From positions 25,277 through 89,276 of the forward strand of contig JADKJB010000016.1 in NCBI GenBank assembly GCA_016722525.1: a stretch of 64,000 bases of DNA. The letters are read 5' to 3'. Shown in pieces: positions 1 through 11,544 of the stretch. The position numbers and the translations under genes were made by a program. Numbering within the stretch: the first letter of the stretch is position 1; every line of letters starts with the position of its first letter. The notes beneath the pieces were generated by a model. The model saw only the letters and a list, made by a program, of their open reading frames with translations. It was not told where the DNA came from and did no database searches. Origin of the DNA: Bacteroidota bacterium (GTDB lineage Bacteria > Bacteroidota > Bacteroidia > AKYH767-A > OLB10).

Positions 1-322
1 ATGCCAGCCAGATTCTTGGCATTTATAGGTCCATTCCGATGGTTTTTTTGCAGCGATTTTATTACGGCTTGTTTAATTCTTCATTCCTATTAGTTCAATT
101 TAAGGTGATAAGCATTTCAAATTCAGTTGAGTTAAATACAACAAAATTTTCTTCTCAAAAATACAGAAAGCCTTGAAGAAAAAATATTCAATACTGAACT
201 TTGGGGCTGATTCCTCATAACCCATTGGAAATAAAATTAAAAAAATTAGTTTGATGTGAGAATTCTCTGACAGGTAATACAAAAAGTATAGCAATTCAGG
301 GATCAATAATTTGGATGAAATG

Positions 323-354
323 AAAAAAACTGCTCAGAAGATGAGCAGTTTTTT
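323..354 (-). terminator. Bidirectional intrinsic terminator downstream of tRNA-Lys
   Basis: Hairpin CTGCTCA-gaaga-TGAGCAG (330-348) is flanked by an A7 run (323-329) and a T6 run (349-354). On the minus strand the T-run directly follows the stem, 8 nt after the tRNA 3' end. Confidence 0.7.
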
Positions 355-355
355 G

Positions 356-428
356 TGATCCCGCTGGGATTCGAACCCAGGACCACTACATTAAAAGTGT
401 AATGCTCTACCAGCTGAGCTACGGAATC
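356..428 (-). tRNA. tRNA-Lys (anticodon UUU)
   Basis: Reverse complement folds as a canonical 73-nt cloverleaf. Acceptor GATTCCG/CGGGATC, D-arm GCTC-AGCTGGTA-GAGC, anticodon arm TTACA-CTTTTAA-TGTAG (anticodon TTT), variable TGGTC, T-arm CTGGG-TTCGAAT-CCCAG, discriminator A. No CCA is encoded. Confidence 0.93.
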
Positions 429-559
429 GGGTATTTGGTTTTTGGCAAGTAGGCCAAACGAGGCTGCAAAAATAGAAACATCCCATCACTAATCAAATGG
501 GTTTATGCATTTTATTAACATTCGCCCAAAGAGGCTGAAATTCATAATTTTAAAGTGAA

Positions 560-1724
560 TTAAACAATGATTTTATGACGTTCAAAAGGCTTTTTTTCAT
601 CAAAAAGCTTCCTGTATGTGACCAAAGTTCGGCATTGTTTGGTGCCAAGCGATATAGATATGTTAATCATTTTAGGATTGAAATCACCAATCCATTGCAA
701 TTCCATAAAATCATACTTTTTACTTTTTCGGATGGCTAATCCACCGGCCCAGATCATTAAACCATCAACTCCTTTGCCTTGATGTTCAGGAACTACACCG
801 AAAACTACCCCGTAAAATTTTCTGCACGACCCGGTCATCTTCAACCACAGAAAATATAATTTCTGTAAAATTCCGAATTTCCCGTTCATATGCTTGAAAT
901 ACTGATTCAATTCAGGAAGATTAATCCAGGCACCAACAGGTTCATCCTTGTAATAGACAAACCAAACCAGTTCTTCATCCATTACCGGTTTCATTTTTTT
1001 GAAAATGGCCATAGCCTGATCAATTGTGATATCTTTTCCGGATCCATGTTTCGACCATGCTTTATTATAAATAATGGTAAAATCAGCTGCGTATTTCTCA
1101 AAGTTGTTTTTTTGAATGTGTTCTGCATGGTATTCTCCTGCAGCTGTTAACCTTTTGTAAGCTTCCTCAAATTTGGGATTTATTGGATCTTTTACATTAA
1201 GTGAATAGCAAAATTGTTTGAAATAAACCTGAAACCCATAGTTTTCAAACAAACCTTGATAATACGGTGGGTTATAATTCATACAATATACCGGTTCATA
1301 AAAACCATCTATCAATAATCCCCACCATCGGTCACGTTCTCCAAAATTGATTGGGCCGTCAACGGCTTCCATACCCTTGGCTTTTAGCCAATCAACACAA
1401 GAATTGAAAAGTAAATTTGCTGCTTTTTTGGTCATCAATGCAATCAAAAAAACCCATTCCTCCAGTAGGTTGCATTTCCCGTTTGGAAGATTTTGTATTT
1501 ACAAAAGCTGCCACTCTGCCTATTACTTCGTCTTTATCATCAAGTAAAAGCCATCTGATTGCATCTCCACTTCTAAAAGTCTTGTTTTTTTTCCGATCAA
1601 AAACTTGCTCAATGTCCTGATCCAACGGACGAATCCATTCCGGGACATTTTTGTAAATTTTAAGCGGTAACTCCAGAAAATTGGCAATATCAGCTGCTGA
1701 TACAACTTCCTTCAATTTCATCAT
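560..1724 (-). CDS. GNAT-fold acyltransferase-like conserved protein (one frameshift in this sequence)
   Basis: ORF 1392-1946, read from the Met at 1724 (MMKLKEVVSAADIANFLELPLKIY...), joins ORF 560-1447 into one ~388-aa protein if one base is restored in the T6 run at 1424-1429. The family assignment is from memory of a conserved Bacteroidota family and is only moderately secure. Confidence 0.55.
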
Positions 1725-2580
1725 GTGCGAAAGTACCCTTTTTGCTAAATTTGTAAATCTAAAAATAACACTATTGAAAGGTAAAACAGTAATTATAACA
1801 GGTGGATCGTCAGGTATCGGAAAAGCATGCGCTTTTAAGTTTGCCACAGAAGGTGCGAATGTGGTGATTTCAGGCAGGAATTCATCAAACCTAGAAATTG
1901 CATTCCAGGAGTTATTGAAAATTTCACCTAATATTCTGGCTGTCAATTCTGATGTTAGTGAATACGAAGATTGTAAAAAAATTATTGATGCTTCTATTAA
2001 CAGATTCGGTCATATTGATGTACTCATTAACAATGCAGGCATTTCTATGCGAGGTCTTTTTGCGGATACCAACATGGAGGTATTAAAGAAAGTTGTTGCC
2101 ATTAATTTCTGGGGTACTGTTTATTGTTCTAAACTTGCTTTGCCATTTATTTTGCAATCTAAAGGTTCCATAGTAGGTATTTCATCTATTGCAGGAAAAA
2201 AAGGATTGCCTGGCCGGACCGCTTACTCAGCCTCTAAATTTGCTATGGAAGGATTTCTTGAAACATTGAGAACCGAAAATCTAAAAACCGGAATTCATGT
2301 ATTAGTTGCTTGCCCGGGCTTTACGGCTTCAGGCATTAGAAATTCATCTATGGGACCCGATGGAATACCCCAAAATGAATCACCACGTGATGAGTCAGGT
2401 ATGATGTCAGCAGCAACTGTTGCTGATCATATTTATATTGCTGTGATACATCGAAAAAGAGATCTGATTCTTACTTTTAATGGCAAAATTACAGTTTGGC
2501 TCAACAAGTTCTTTCCTTCTCTGATGGATAAAATAGTTTTTAATCATATGGCGAAAGAACCAGGCTCACCATTTAAATAA
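1723..2580 (+). CDS. Short-chain dehydrogenase/reductase (SDR)
   Basis: Rossmann motif TGGSSGIGKA, NNAG, and catalytic YSASK. The ATG at 1723 overlaps the divergent neighbour's start; an in-frame TTG at 1774 (LKGKTVIITG) is an alternative start. Confidence 0.85.
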   Translation: MCESTLFAKFVNLKITLLKGKTVIITGGSSGIGKACAFKFATEGANVVISGRNSSNLEIAFQELLKISPNILAVNSDVSEYEDCKKIIDASINRFGHIDVLINNAGISMRGLFADTNMEVLKKVVAINFWGTVYCSKLALPFILQSKGSIVGISSIAGKKGLPGRTAYSASKFAMEGFLETLRTENLKTGIHVLVACPGFTASGIRNSSMGPDGIPQNESPRDESGMMSAATVADHIYIAVIHRKRDLILTFNGKITVWLNKFFPSLMDKIVFNHMAKEPGSPFK

Positions 2581-2606
2581 CAAAACAAATAACTATATAA
2601 ATAAAA

Positions 2607-3173
2607 ATGAAAATAAAATTCAAATCGCTTATTTCAGTTTTCTTACTTGCAATCAGCTTCAATGCCTGCACCTCAGAACAAAAAAAATTAAGTACTCAAA
2701 TAGATCTGCTTGAGAAAAGTATGTATGCTGATTCTTCAATGGTCCCTGATGCAGTCAAAGCAAAGGAAATCATTGGCCTTTACACGGCTTTCGCAGATAA
2801 ATTCCCAGCGGATACCATGAGCGCAAGTTTCTTGTTTAAAGCAGCTGATATTTCATCTAAAATAAACGAAACCGAACAAGCTATCTCACTTTTTGGTAAA
2901 TTGTATAAGTTATATCCACAAAATAAAAACGCCCCTTTCGCTTTGTTTCTTCAGGGATTTATCTACGAAAATCAGGTTGGTGATGCGGTTAAGGCAAAGA
3001 CCCTATTATAATGAATTTCTCAAAAATTTCCCGATCACCCCATTGCCGGTGATGTGGCATTTTCGCTGGAAAATCTGGGCAAATCACCTGAGGAATTGAT
3101 CATGCAGTTTGAAAATCAAATTCAATCCGACAGCTTGAATACTAATGATTCAACAGCTTCAGTAGCAAAATAA
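2607..3173 (+). CDS. TPR-like lipoprotein (two frameshifts near 3000 and 3037)
   Basis: Signal peptide plus lipobox (LLAISFNAC). The C-terminus continues in other frames (PYYNEFLKNFP, then DHPIAGDVAFSLENLGKSPEELIMQFENQ...VAK stop at 3171-3173). Confidence 0.5.
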
Positions 3174-3192
3174 TTTTTATTGTTCGCCGTAA

Positions 3193-5107
3193 ATGGAAAA
3201 GAAGAAGCTTACCCGCAAAGATAAATTCACCAACGAGCCTTTAACAAAATTAAAGGAAAAGTCTTCCGCTCCAATTGCTTCCTGGATACCCGGGTTGATA
3301 ATTGCCATACTTGGATTTATTCTTTACAGTAACACCTTAAATCACAGTTTTACACTGGACGATTATTCCGTTATTCTTGAAAACAGACTGACCAAACAGG
3401 GACCATCGGCCATTCCTGAGATTTTTAAAACCAGTTACAGATATGGCTATTATTTTACCGATGACAACCTGTACAGGCCAATTGTAAAGGCCATGTATGC
3501 AATAGAGTGGGGATGGCACCCAATGATGCCACACCAGGTCATTGGATCAATGTTTTATTGTATGCTTTGACCGGATTTGTTTTATTTTCATCACTTTTAA
3601 AAATCTCTTCTGGTAATATATTATTCTCTTTTATTACCTCGATTTTATTCATTGCGCATCCTGTTCATACCGAAGTGGTAGCAAGTATTAAAAGTCGCGA
3701 CGAAATAATGGCTTTTCTTTTCAGTATTTGGGCTTTAGAACGATATATAAATTATGTACGATCTAAGAAGATTTTGTCACTGGTAATAGCATCTTTTCTC
3801 TTCTTTGTGGCACTGTTATCCAAAGAGTCAGCAATTACTTTTCTTGCAATTTTTCCACTCACAGCCTATTTCTTTACAGATGAAAAAATTGCCGTCTCAC
3901 TTAAAAGTTTGATTCCAATTGCCATTGTGACGGGTATTTTTCTCATAATTAGAAGTTCTATACTTGGAGGTATCTCTTCTGAATCCTTTTCGGTAGCCGA
4001 CAACTTACTGGAAGCCGCTAAAGATCCGATCACGAAATTTTCAACAACTGTGCTGATCATGGGTTTGTATCTGAAAATCTTGCTATTTCCACATCCTCTG
4101 GTATTTGATTATTCCTATAACCAAATACCACTGGTAGGAGCAGGGTCTCCGGGCTTCATTGCCTCCGCATTATTTTACGGTGGCATGCTGATTTTTTCTT
4201 TCTGGAAGTTGAAATCTAAAAATTTATTTGCTTACAGTATTCTTTTTTCCTTGTTACCATATCTGTATCTTCTAATCTTTTCATTACAATAGGTTCATCT
4301 ATGGGTGAACGGTTTCTTTATACCCCTTCGTTGGGTTTCTGTATGGTTGTTGCTTTGCTGGTTGGGAAATTAGCACCTGCTGTAGTTTCAATGGATTGGA
4401 AAAAAGTTCTGGTCCAAAACCAACCGGTGATGCTGCTGGTACTATTTATTACAATCGCCTACTCCATAAAAACCTTCTCCAGAAACCCTGTTTGGAAGGA
4501 TAATTTAACACTTTATTCCAATGATGTATTATTGTCTCCAAACAGTACACGCACCCATTATTACCTGGGAAATTATCTGGTCAAGCCGGAAGCTTGGGAG
4601 GGTAAAAGTGAAGCAGAAAAAAACAGTATGATTAACAGAGGTATTTCTGAATTGAAAAAATCTGTTGCAATATATCCTTCTTTTGCTGACTCCTATACTC
4701 AAATGGGAGTAGCCTATTACAAATTAAACAATTTAGACAGTGCAATGATATGCTATCAAAAAGCACTTGAACTCAATCCTAATTTTGCCACTATTCATAA
4801 TAATATTGGCACCATCTTTTTTACCCAGCAACGCTTTGATGAGGCATTAAAGGCCTTTATTAAAGCCACTCAGCTTGATCCCAAATATGCAGAAGCTTAT
4901 GCTAATGCAGGAAGCGCTTATGGGATGTTGAAGCAATATGACAATGCATTATCCTATCTGTTCAATGCAATTAAATGGGACCCGAACTATGCTCAAGCTT
5001 ACTTTTTTATTGGTTTAACTTATCGCTTTAAAGGTGATGAAAATAATGCCAATGCTTATCTGGAAAAGGCTTACAAGTTGGATCCTGCGTTGAGACCAAA
5101 GCAATAG
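3193..5107 (+). CDS. Multi-pass membrane protein with C-terminal TPR repeats (PMT/TMTC-like glycosyltransferase-type architecture; two frameshifts)
   Basis: Three collinear ORFs (3193-3570, 3507-4292, 4301-5107). There are many hydrophobic helices, then TPR repeats (AYYKLNNLDSAMICYQKALELNPNF, AEAYANAGSAYGML, AQAYFFIGLTY). Confidence 0.55.
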
Positions 5108-5169
5108 TTTTTTTCTAAAGTTTGTTGAATTTAATGCTTTGCATAAACTTTAGCCTAAGCTATAAGTGC

Positions 5170-5962
5170 CTACATTTCTTTAGATAAAAACCGATCCAAT
5201 TCTTCAGGCGAAATATTTGCTTTTAACTCACCATCCCTTGCTACTGAAATAGCTCCTGTTTCTTCTGAAACAATAATAGCGATCGCATCACTTTGTTCAG
5301 TAATCCCTAAGGCTGCTCTGTGCCTCATTCCATATTGCGCCGGAAGATCGGGGTTATCAGTAACTGGCAAAACACAGCGAGCAGCTTTAATCTTATTGTT
5401 CGAAATTATAATGGCTCCATCATGCATTGGACTATTCTTAAAAATATACTTTCGATAAGTCGCTTTGACACTTCCGCATCCATAATATCACCTGTGGAGG
5501 CGTAAAATTTCAGGTCCGAATTTCGCGAAATTACAATAATGGCACCTGTCTTGTTTTTTGCCATATTGGAACAGGCTTTTACAATAGGTGCAATGTTTGT
5601 TGCATCTTGTTTTTGAAATTGGAAATTCCATTTAAATAAGTTCCTGGCAAACGTGTTTTGTGCTAAAAAACTGTTAGTGCCCATAAGAATGAGAAAGCGT
5701 CGAACCTCTTGTTGAAAAACGATAATTAATGCAATAACCCCGACTCCTATAAATTGGCCGAGTAAAGCTCCATTAACTGCATGTCCAAAACTTTTACACA
5801 CAGCCACCAAAGAAGATAAATGGAGATGAGCCCGATAAAAATATTCATCGCAACCCCGCCTTTCAGCAGCTCGTAAAGTTTATAGAGTAGAAACGCTACT
5901 AAAAGGATATCCAGGATATCAAGTAATCGGACACTCAAAAATCCTATGTGAAAGATTTCCAT
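5170..5962 (-). CDS. cdaA: Diadenylate cyclase CdaA (two frameshifts)
   Basis: Three collinear ORFs. The N-terminal TM region is MEIFHIGFLSVRLLDILDILLVAFLLYKLY. DAC-domain motifs are HDGAIII and GMRHRAALGITEQSDAIAIIVSEETG. Confidence 0.85.
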
Positions 5963-6015
5963 GATGTAAAAATAGAAACAATAAAACTATTATTCATAAG
6001 AGACTTTCAATGCAT

Positions 6016-6597
6016 TCAATGAAATTCATCAATTAGGAAACGATAGGGCAGGAGCGCGTCACTTCCTGCGTAATCTACTCCAATTCGCGGAGTGACTTTT
6101 ATTTGTTCTGGACGAAACGAAATTCCTTTGTCTTCTATCCATATTTTATTTCCAAATAAACTTGTACCAGTCAAAGAATAGTCAATTCCTAATGCCTGAC
6201 TTACTTTGCCGGGACCATGAAATGATTTTTTGGTGTAAATAATCTGTTTTCTGCGTTGCAGCATGGTTTCTTCTCCTTCAAACGGCAAAACTGACCTGAT
6301 TAAAACCGCATGAGGTATATTTTCAACATTGGTAACTACATTCAATAAAGAATGCACTCCATAGCATAAGTAAATGTAGGCAACGCCTCCTTGCTGATAC
6401 ATTACAGATGTTCTGGATGTTCTTTTGCCTCCAAAAGCATGAGAAGCGCGGTCAGTTATCCCATTGTAAGCTTCGGTTTCAGTAATTATGCCGGCAGTAA
6501 TTAAGTTATTTTTGCAGGTAAATACAACTTTACCCAACAACAATTGAGCAATAGCAACAACATCATCGCCGCAATAAAAATCACTTTTCAGTTTCAT
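6016..6597 (-). CDS. DNA-3-methyladenine glycosylase (Mpg/AAG family)
   Basis: Intact 193-aa ORF with family-typical ITETEAY...DRASHAFGGKRTSRTSVMYQQGGVAYIYLCYGVHSLLNVV. Confidence 0.85.
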   Translation of the reverse strand: MKLKSDFYCGDDVVAIAQLLLGKVVFTCKNNLITAGIITETEAYNGITDRASHAFGGKRTSRTSVMYQQGGVAYIYLCYGVHSLLNVVTNVENIPHAVLIRSVLPFEGEETMLQRRKQIIYTKKSFHGPGKVSQALGIDYSLTGTSLFGNKIWIEDKGISFRPEQIKVTPRIGVDYAGSDALLPYRFLIDEFH

Positions 6598-8529
6598 TAT
6601 TTAGCTCAATCTCTGCTTTTAGCCTCCAATAACTCACCTTTTTATTATACTTCAGATATTCCTGATCAATCATCCAAGTGATCATTTCAAGTGCCTTTTT
6701 CGAATCATTAATTCCTGAGCGCTCCAACAAAGCCACCACATTCAAAGGTCCTTCATTTTTGAGGATGGAATTTATGTTAGTGCGAAAATTATCTAATTCA
6801 ATTTCATTAAATTCCTGTTTATTCAATTCTCGGCAATAATCGCACACGCCACACCTTGAAGTAGCCTTTTCGCCAAAATAATTCAATAAAATCATGCTTC
6901 TGCATAGGTGCTTTGAAGTCACATAATTTGCAACAGCTTCTGAACGCAGAATATACTTTTCCTTTCTTGCCAGGTATTTCTTTTCATCAATATCAATGTA
7001 TACAGCCTCTTCCCGTGGAGTGGTAAAAGTGAGTTGTGGAGAATCTTTGCGAGGCTCATAACTTAATATGTCATTTTTATGAAGATAGGTAAGCATACTC
7101 ACCACCTGATCATAGGTAATCTTTAACTTATTGGCCAGTTCAGGCTCACTAATTTTCACAAATTCATCAAATACACCTTCAGCTGAACGAAGAATTGTTT
7201 TTATGAGAATATCATACTTAAAATTAGTTACTTGAAAAGTATATAAATCGATATTGTTCACCTTAAAATGTACTCTTGAAGGAATAAAAACCGCATCAGA
7301 AACACTGATTAATCCCTCTGCTTCAAGAACTCTGAGACAACTCAAAGCAGTAATCGGATTGAAATTATAATTGGAAATAAACTTTGTAATTTCAAAATCA
7401 TAGCTGACGCCCATTCCTGAATCAACCGGCACTTGAAGGTAATTTGCTATTGCCTGATAAACATTTCGAATCTCTTTAATTGCCGGAAAAGAAGTTTCTT
7501 GCCGACGTTTCAAATCGGCTATATCTGTTTCATTATACAAAACAATTGCATAGGCAGTCTTTTCATCTCTACCAGCGCGTCCTGCTTCCTGATAGTAAGC
7601 TTCTGGGCTATCAGGCAGATCCATATGAATAACTGTACGCACATCAGGCTTATCAATACCCATCCCAAAAGCATTGGTGCAAACCATCACTCTTGTTTTA
7701 CCTGATTTCCATTGATCTTGCTTTTCATTCCTTAATTGAGCCGATAGTCCGGCATGATAAAAGTCAGCTGATATTTTATATTGTTGCAATAATTGAGCAT
7801 ATTCTCTGGTGCGTTTACGATTTCTGACATAAACTATTCCGGTGCCTCTTACTTTTGAAAAAATTTCAATCATTTTTCGCTGTTTATCTTCCATGTGATA
7901 GCACAAATAATTGAGGTTTTCTCTCGCAAATGACTTTTGAAATAAATGCTCTTTTTTAAAAGCCAGCTGCTTCATAATATCAGTTCTTACTTCAGGCGTG
8001 GCGCTCGCTGTAAGGGCAAGAATTGGTACTGATGGGTGGAGATCCCTAATCTCAGCAATTCGCATGTAGGAAGGTCTAAAATCATATCCCCATTGAGAAA
8101 TACAATGAGCTTCATCAATAGCAAAGAGGCAAACATTCATTTTCTGAATCCTTTCCCGGACTAAATCTGATAAAAGTCGTTCAGGTGAAAGATAAAGGAA
8201 CTTAAGATGTCCATAGATGCAATTATCTAAAGCAATATCTACTTCATCGCGACTCATTCCGGAAAAGACTGCAACCGCCTTTATTCCTTTTGCTTGCAAG
8301 TTCTCTACCTGATCTTTCATGAGGGCTATCAAAGGAGAAACTACTATGCAAATTCCTTCCATAGCCATCGCCGGCACCTGAAAACATACCGATTTTCCAC
8401 CACCTGTAGGTAATAGTGCCAATGTATCAATGCCATTCAGAACAGACTCAATGATATCTTCCTGCAAAGGCCTGGAAACGATCATGATTCCAATATTGCT
8501 TAAGAATACTGGCAGCTTTACTATACATA
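6581..8529 (-). CDS. recQ: RecQ-family ATP-dependent DNA helicase (N-terminal frameshift near 8480)
   Basis: Motifs PTGGGKS, DEAHCISQWGYDFRPSY, and Zn-binding cysteines CRSMILLNYFGE...CGVCDYC. The upstream frame gives MYSKAASILKQYWNHD, which joins FRPLQEDII, so the true start is the ATG at 8529. Confidence 0.85.
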
Positions 8530-8650
8530 TTTAAAAAATTCCCCTTAAAACAGCAATGATGTTCGAAATTACTAAACGGTATTGAGAAAATAGAGCCTCA
8601 CTTTTTTCTCAGAAATTCCTAAATACCGGTACTAATTTTAATAAAACAAG

Positions 8651-8678
8651 AAAGGCCTACCATAGAAGGCAGGCCTTT
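8651..8678 (-). terminator. Intrinsic terminator of the histone-like gene
   Basis: Stem AAAGGCCT (8651-8658) pairs with AGGCCTTT (8671-8678). On the minus strand it is followed by CTTGTTTTAT, 24 nt after the stop codon. Confidence 0.6.
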
Positions 8679-8701
8679 CAGCATAATAGGTGACAAAAGA
8701 A

Positions 8702-9130
8702 TTATTTCTTCTTAGTAGCTTTCTTTTTAGTAGCAGCTTTTTTCCTTGGAGCAGCTTTCTTAGTAGCAGCTTTTTTAGTAGCAGCTTTTTTCTTAGGAGC
8801 AGCTTTCTTAGTAGCAGCCTTCTTCTTAGGAGCAGCTTTCTTAGCAGCAGCTTTCTTCTTAGGAGCAGCCTTTTTAGCTGACATAACTTTTTTAGCAGCT
8901 TTTTTCTTAGTAGCTTTCTTCTTAGTAGCAGCTTTTTTTTTAGGAGCAGCTTTCTTAGTAGCAGCTTTCTTAGTAGCAGCTTTTTTAGTAGCAGCTTTCT
9001 TTTTTGGAGCAGCTTTCTTCTTAGTAGCAGCTTTCTTTTTAGCAGCAGCCTTTTTCTTAGGAGCAGCTTTCTTTGCAGAAACAGACTTCGCTTTTGAAGC
9101 AGATTTCTTTACTGATTTTTTTTTCATCAT
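8702..9130 (-). CDS. Lys/Ala-rich histone H1/Hc2-like basic protein
   Basis: 142-aa ORF made almost entirely of degenerate KKAA(P/T)KKKAATKK repeats. It has its own terminator. The antisense ORF is a low-complexity shadow. Confidence 0.7.
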   Translation of the reverse strand: MMKKKSVKKSASKAKSVSAKKAAPKKKAAAKKKAATKKKAAPKKKAATKKAATKKAATKKAAPKKKAATKKKATKKKAAKKVMSAKKAAPKKKAAAKKAAPKKKAATKKAAPKKKAATKKAATKKAAPRKKAATKKKATKKK

Positions 9131-9302
9131 GATTTTGTTTAATTAATTAATTGGTTAATGCACTTTTTACTTAAATTCTTTTCTAAAGGTTACAATAGGT
9201 TCTAATTCAACTCATTTAATCAACCTTGTTGGATTTGGAATACACTCAATTTTTTATTTATCAATTGCATTCGTTCTCCTTAATTCCATATACACCAGTC
9301 TG

Positions 9303-10546
9303 TCAAACAGGAACAATTTTATCGGCCTGATATTGACCTGCTTTTAATTTTCCATATATTTTGGTAAATGATTCAATAGTATAATTGACATCTTCCAATG
9401 TATGTACCGCAGTCGGAATCAAACGTAAAATGATGATTCCTTTTGGTACCACAGGGTAAACAACCATTGAGCAAAATATATCGTAATTTTCCCTTAAGTC
9501 AATAATCAGGTTGGTGGCTTCTGGAATACTACCATTGAGGTAGACAGGTGTAACGGGTGAATCAGTTTTACCTATTTCAAAGCCTGCATCTTTAAGACCT
9601 TTCTGTAAAGCATGAACAATTTTCCAAAGATTTGCTTTCAGTTCAGGTCTTGTTTTTAAGAGTTCAAGTCTTTTTTGAGCTCCTATCACTAAAGGCATTG
9701 GTAAAGATTTAGCAAAGATTTGCGACCGCATGTTATGTCTTAAATAGTCAATAACCTGTTCGTCGCTGGCAATAAATGCTCCAATTAATGCCATCGATTT
9801 GGCAAATGTTCCAAAATAAATATCAATTTCATTTTGAACACCTTGTTCTTCTCCTGTTCCGGCTCTGTCTTACCCATAGTTCCAAAACCATGAGCGTCAT
9901 CTACAAATAATCGGAACGAAAATTTCTTCTTTAAGGCTACTATTTCTCTTAATTTACCTTGATCACCTGACATTCCAAATACACCTTCAGTAATTACAAG
10001 AATAGCACCTCCAGTTACATTCACAAGTTTGGTAGCCCGCTCCAATTGCTTTTCAAGATTGGTAACATCATTATGAGGAAAAACAAAACGCTTCCCCATA
10101 TGTAGTCGAACCCCATCAATAATGCATGCATGTGATTCAGAATCGTAAACAATTACATCATGACGATCAACAAGGCAATCAATAGCGCTCACCATTCCCT
10201 GGTAACCAAAATTTAAAAGAATCGAAGCAGGTTTGTTTTCAAAAGCTGCTAAATCTCGTTCTAATTGTTCATGATGATTACTATTGCCTGACATCATCCG
10301 GGCACCCATTGGAAGTGCAAATCCAAATTCTGCTGCTGCCTCGGCATCAGTTTTTCTTACTTCAGGATGATTGGCCAGACCAAGATAATTATTTAAACTC
10401 CATACTAATTTTTCTTTTCCGCGAAAAATCATCTTGTTTGAAATAGGACCTTCTAATCTAGGAAACATAAAGTAACCGTAAGATTCTTTTGAATGCATTC
10501 CCAGAGGACCACGGTTCTTTAATAATTTTTCAAACAAATCTATCAT
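9303..10546 (-). CDS. PLP-dependent alpha-oxoamine synthase family (Kbl/BioF/Spt-like; one frameshift near 9860)
   Basis: N-terminal YFMFPRLEG...LNNYLGLANHPEV, then DDAHGFG. The PLP-lysine region GTFAKSMALIGAFIAS is only in frame after correction. Confidence 0.8.
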
Positions 10547-10713
10547 GCGTGCGGCTTAGTATTTTTTTTGCCTTGAAATTATTGCGAAAGATCAGAACTT
10601 TTTTTGTTATACAATCACTAACCTCAATAATGTTTTCAACAACAATTTGTTAATGACGGATTTTGAACAGCTGAGATAAAAAAAGTTTATTTTATATTTT
10701 GTATCTTTGTGTC

Positions 10714-11538
10714 ATGAAGAAAAATAAATTTATATTTATAGTTACAATGTGCATGTTGATGTTCCTTGTTAACTCTTGCAGCAAATTTAGTAAGATTCAA
10801 AAGAGTACTGACATGGAAGCCAAATATACGGCTGCAGTTAATTATTATGATAAGAAATATTATTTTCAAGCTCTTCAGTTATTCGAAGAGTTAATCACTG
10901 TTTTCAGAGGGACCAGCAAAGCTGAGGATACTTACTTTTATTACTGTCAATGTTATTTCGAAACTGGTGAATATACAGTTGCTGCATATCACTTTAATAA
11001 GTTGAATCAAACATTTCCAAACTCATCCCGTGCGGAAGAAGCACTTTTCAAAAACGCTTTTTGTTATTACCTCGATTCACCTGTTTCATCACTCGATCAA
11101 AAAAATACTACAGATGCGATTCGTCAGTTCCAACTTTTTATTAATCGTTATCCGCAAAGCGAAAAAGTTGAAAAGTGTAATGGACTAATCGATGAGCTCC
11201 GCTTAAAACTTGAAACAAAAGATTTTAATAATGCTAAATTGTATTTTAAAACCGGAAACTTTAAAGCATCCATGTTCGCATTTCAAAATGTTTTGAAAAC
11301 GTATCCGGCTACAATATTTAAAGAAGATTGTCTGTATTATATTTTACGCTCTTCTTTTATATATGCAGGTCAGAGTGTGGAAGTGAAGAAGGCTGAGCGT
11401 TACAAAATCACTATTGAAAATTACTATAAATTGCTTGACGCATTTCCTACTGGAAAATATCTCAAAGAATCCGAAAAAATATTCCTCGAAGCCCAATCAC
11501 GCATCAAAAAGCTTGAAAAAGACGCTCAAGTCATATAA
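10714..11538 (+). CDS. bamD: Outer membrane protein assembly factor BamD (TPR lipoprotein)
   Basis: Lipoprotein signal MKKNKFIFIVTMCMLMFLVNSC and TPR-like helices. It sits in the conserved position upstream of rpoZ-coaBC. Confidence 0.75.
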   Translation: MKKNKFIFIVTMCMLMFLVNSCSKFSKIQKSTDMEAKYTAAVNYYDKKYYFQALQLFEELITVFRGTSKAEDTYFYYCQCYFETGEYTVAAYHFNKLNQTFPNSSRAEEALFKNAFCYYLDSPVSSLDQKNTTDAIRQFQLFINRYPQSEKVEKCNGLIDELRLKLETKDFNNAKLYFKTGNFKASMFAFQNVLKTYPATIFKEDCLYYILRSSFIYAGQSVEVKKAERYKITIENYYKLLDAFPTGKYLKESEKIFLEAQSRIKKLEKDAQVI

Positions 11539-11544
11539 TTTTCC

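Noticed and set aside
100-306. 68-aa ORF near the left edge, plus the partial ORF at 1-93
   Set aside because: The composition is low-complexity and AT-biased with no recognisable motifs, and the ORF sits in the tRNA flanking region. There is not enough evidence to call a gene.
1719-1726. Overlapping divergent ATG start codons of the GNAT-like and SDR genes
   Set aside because: This is probably an artefact of choosing the longest ORFs. An in-frame TTG at 1774 gives a canonical SDR N-terminus (M-KGKTVIITGGSSGIG) and leaves a normal divergent promoter region.
7433-7705. Antisense ORFs inside large genes (also 890-1150, 18590-18862, 20120-20422, 20960-21280, 41821-42186, 63295-63663 and similar)
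   Set aside because: They lie entirely within well-supported genes on the opposite strand and have odd composition and no motifs. They are typical shadow ORFs.
8690-8881. 63-aa Ser/Phe/Leu-rich ORF on the plus strand
   Set aside because: It is the antisense shadow of the Lys/Ala repeat gene. Low-complexity AAG/GCT repeats give open frames on both strands. The minus-strand product has a start, a terminator and a known protein class.
8702-9130. Repetitive DNA that might be taken for a CRISPR array or satellite
   Set aside because: The repeats are degenerate, contiguous (no unique spacers), in frame and coding. No cas genes are present.
10702-10709. TATCTTTG -7 box only 4 nt before the bamD ATG (a leaderless transcript?)
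   Set aside because: The motif matches, but its position would put the TSS on or past the start codon. Without TSS data I do not call it, and a promoter further upstream is equally possible.
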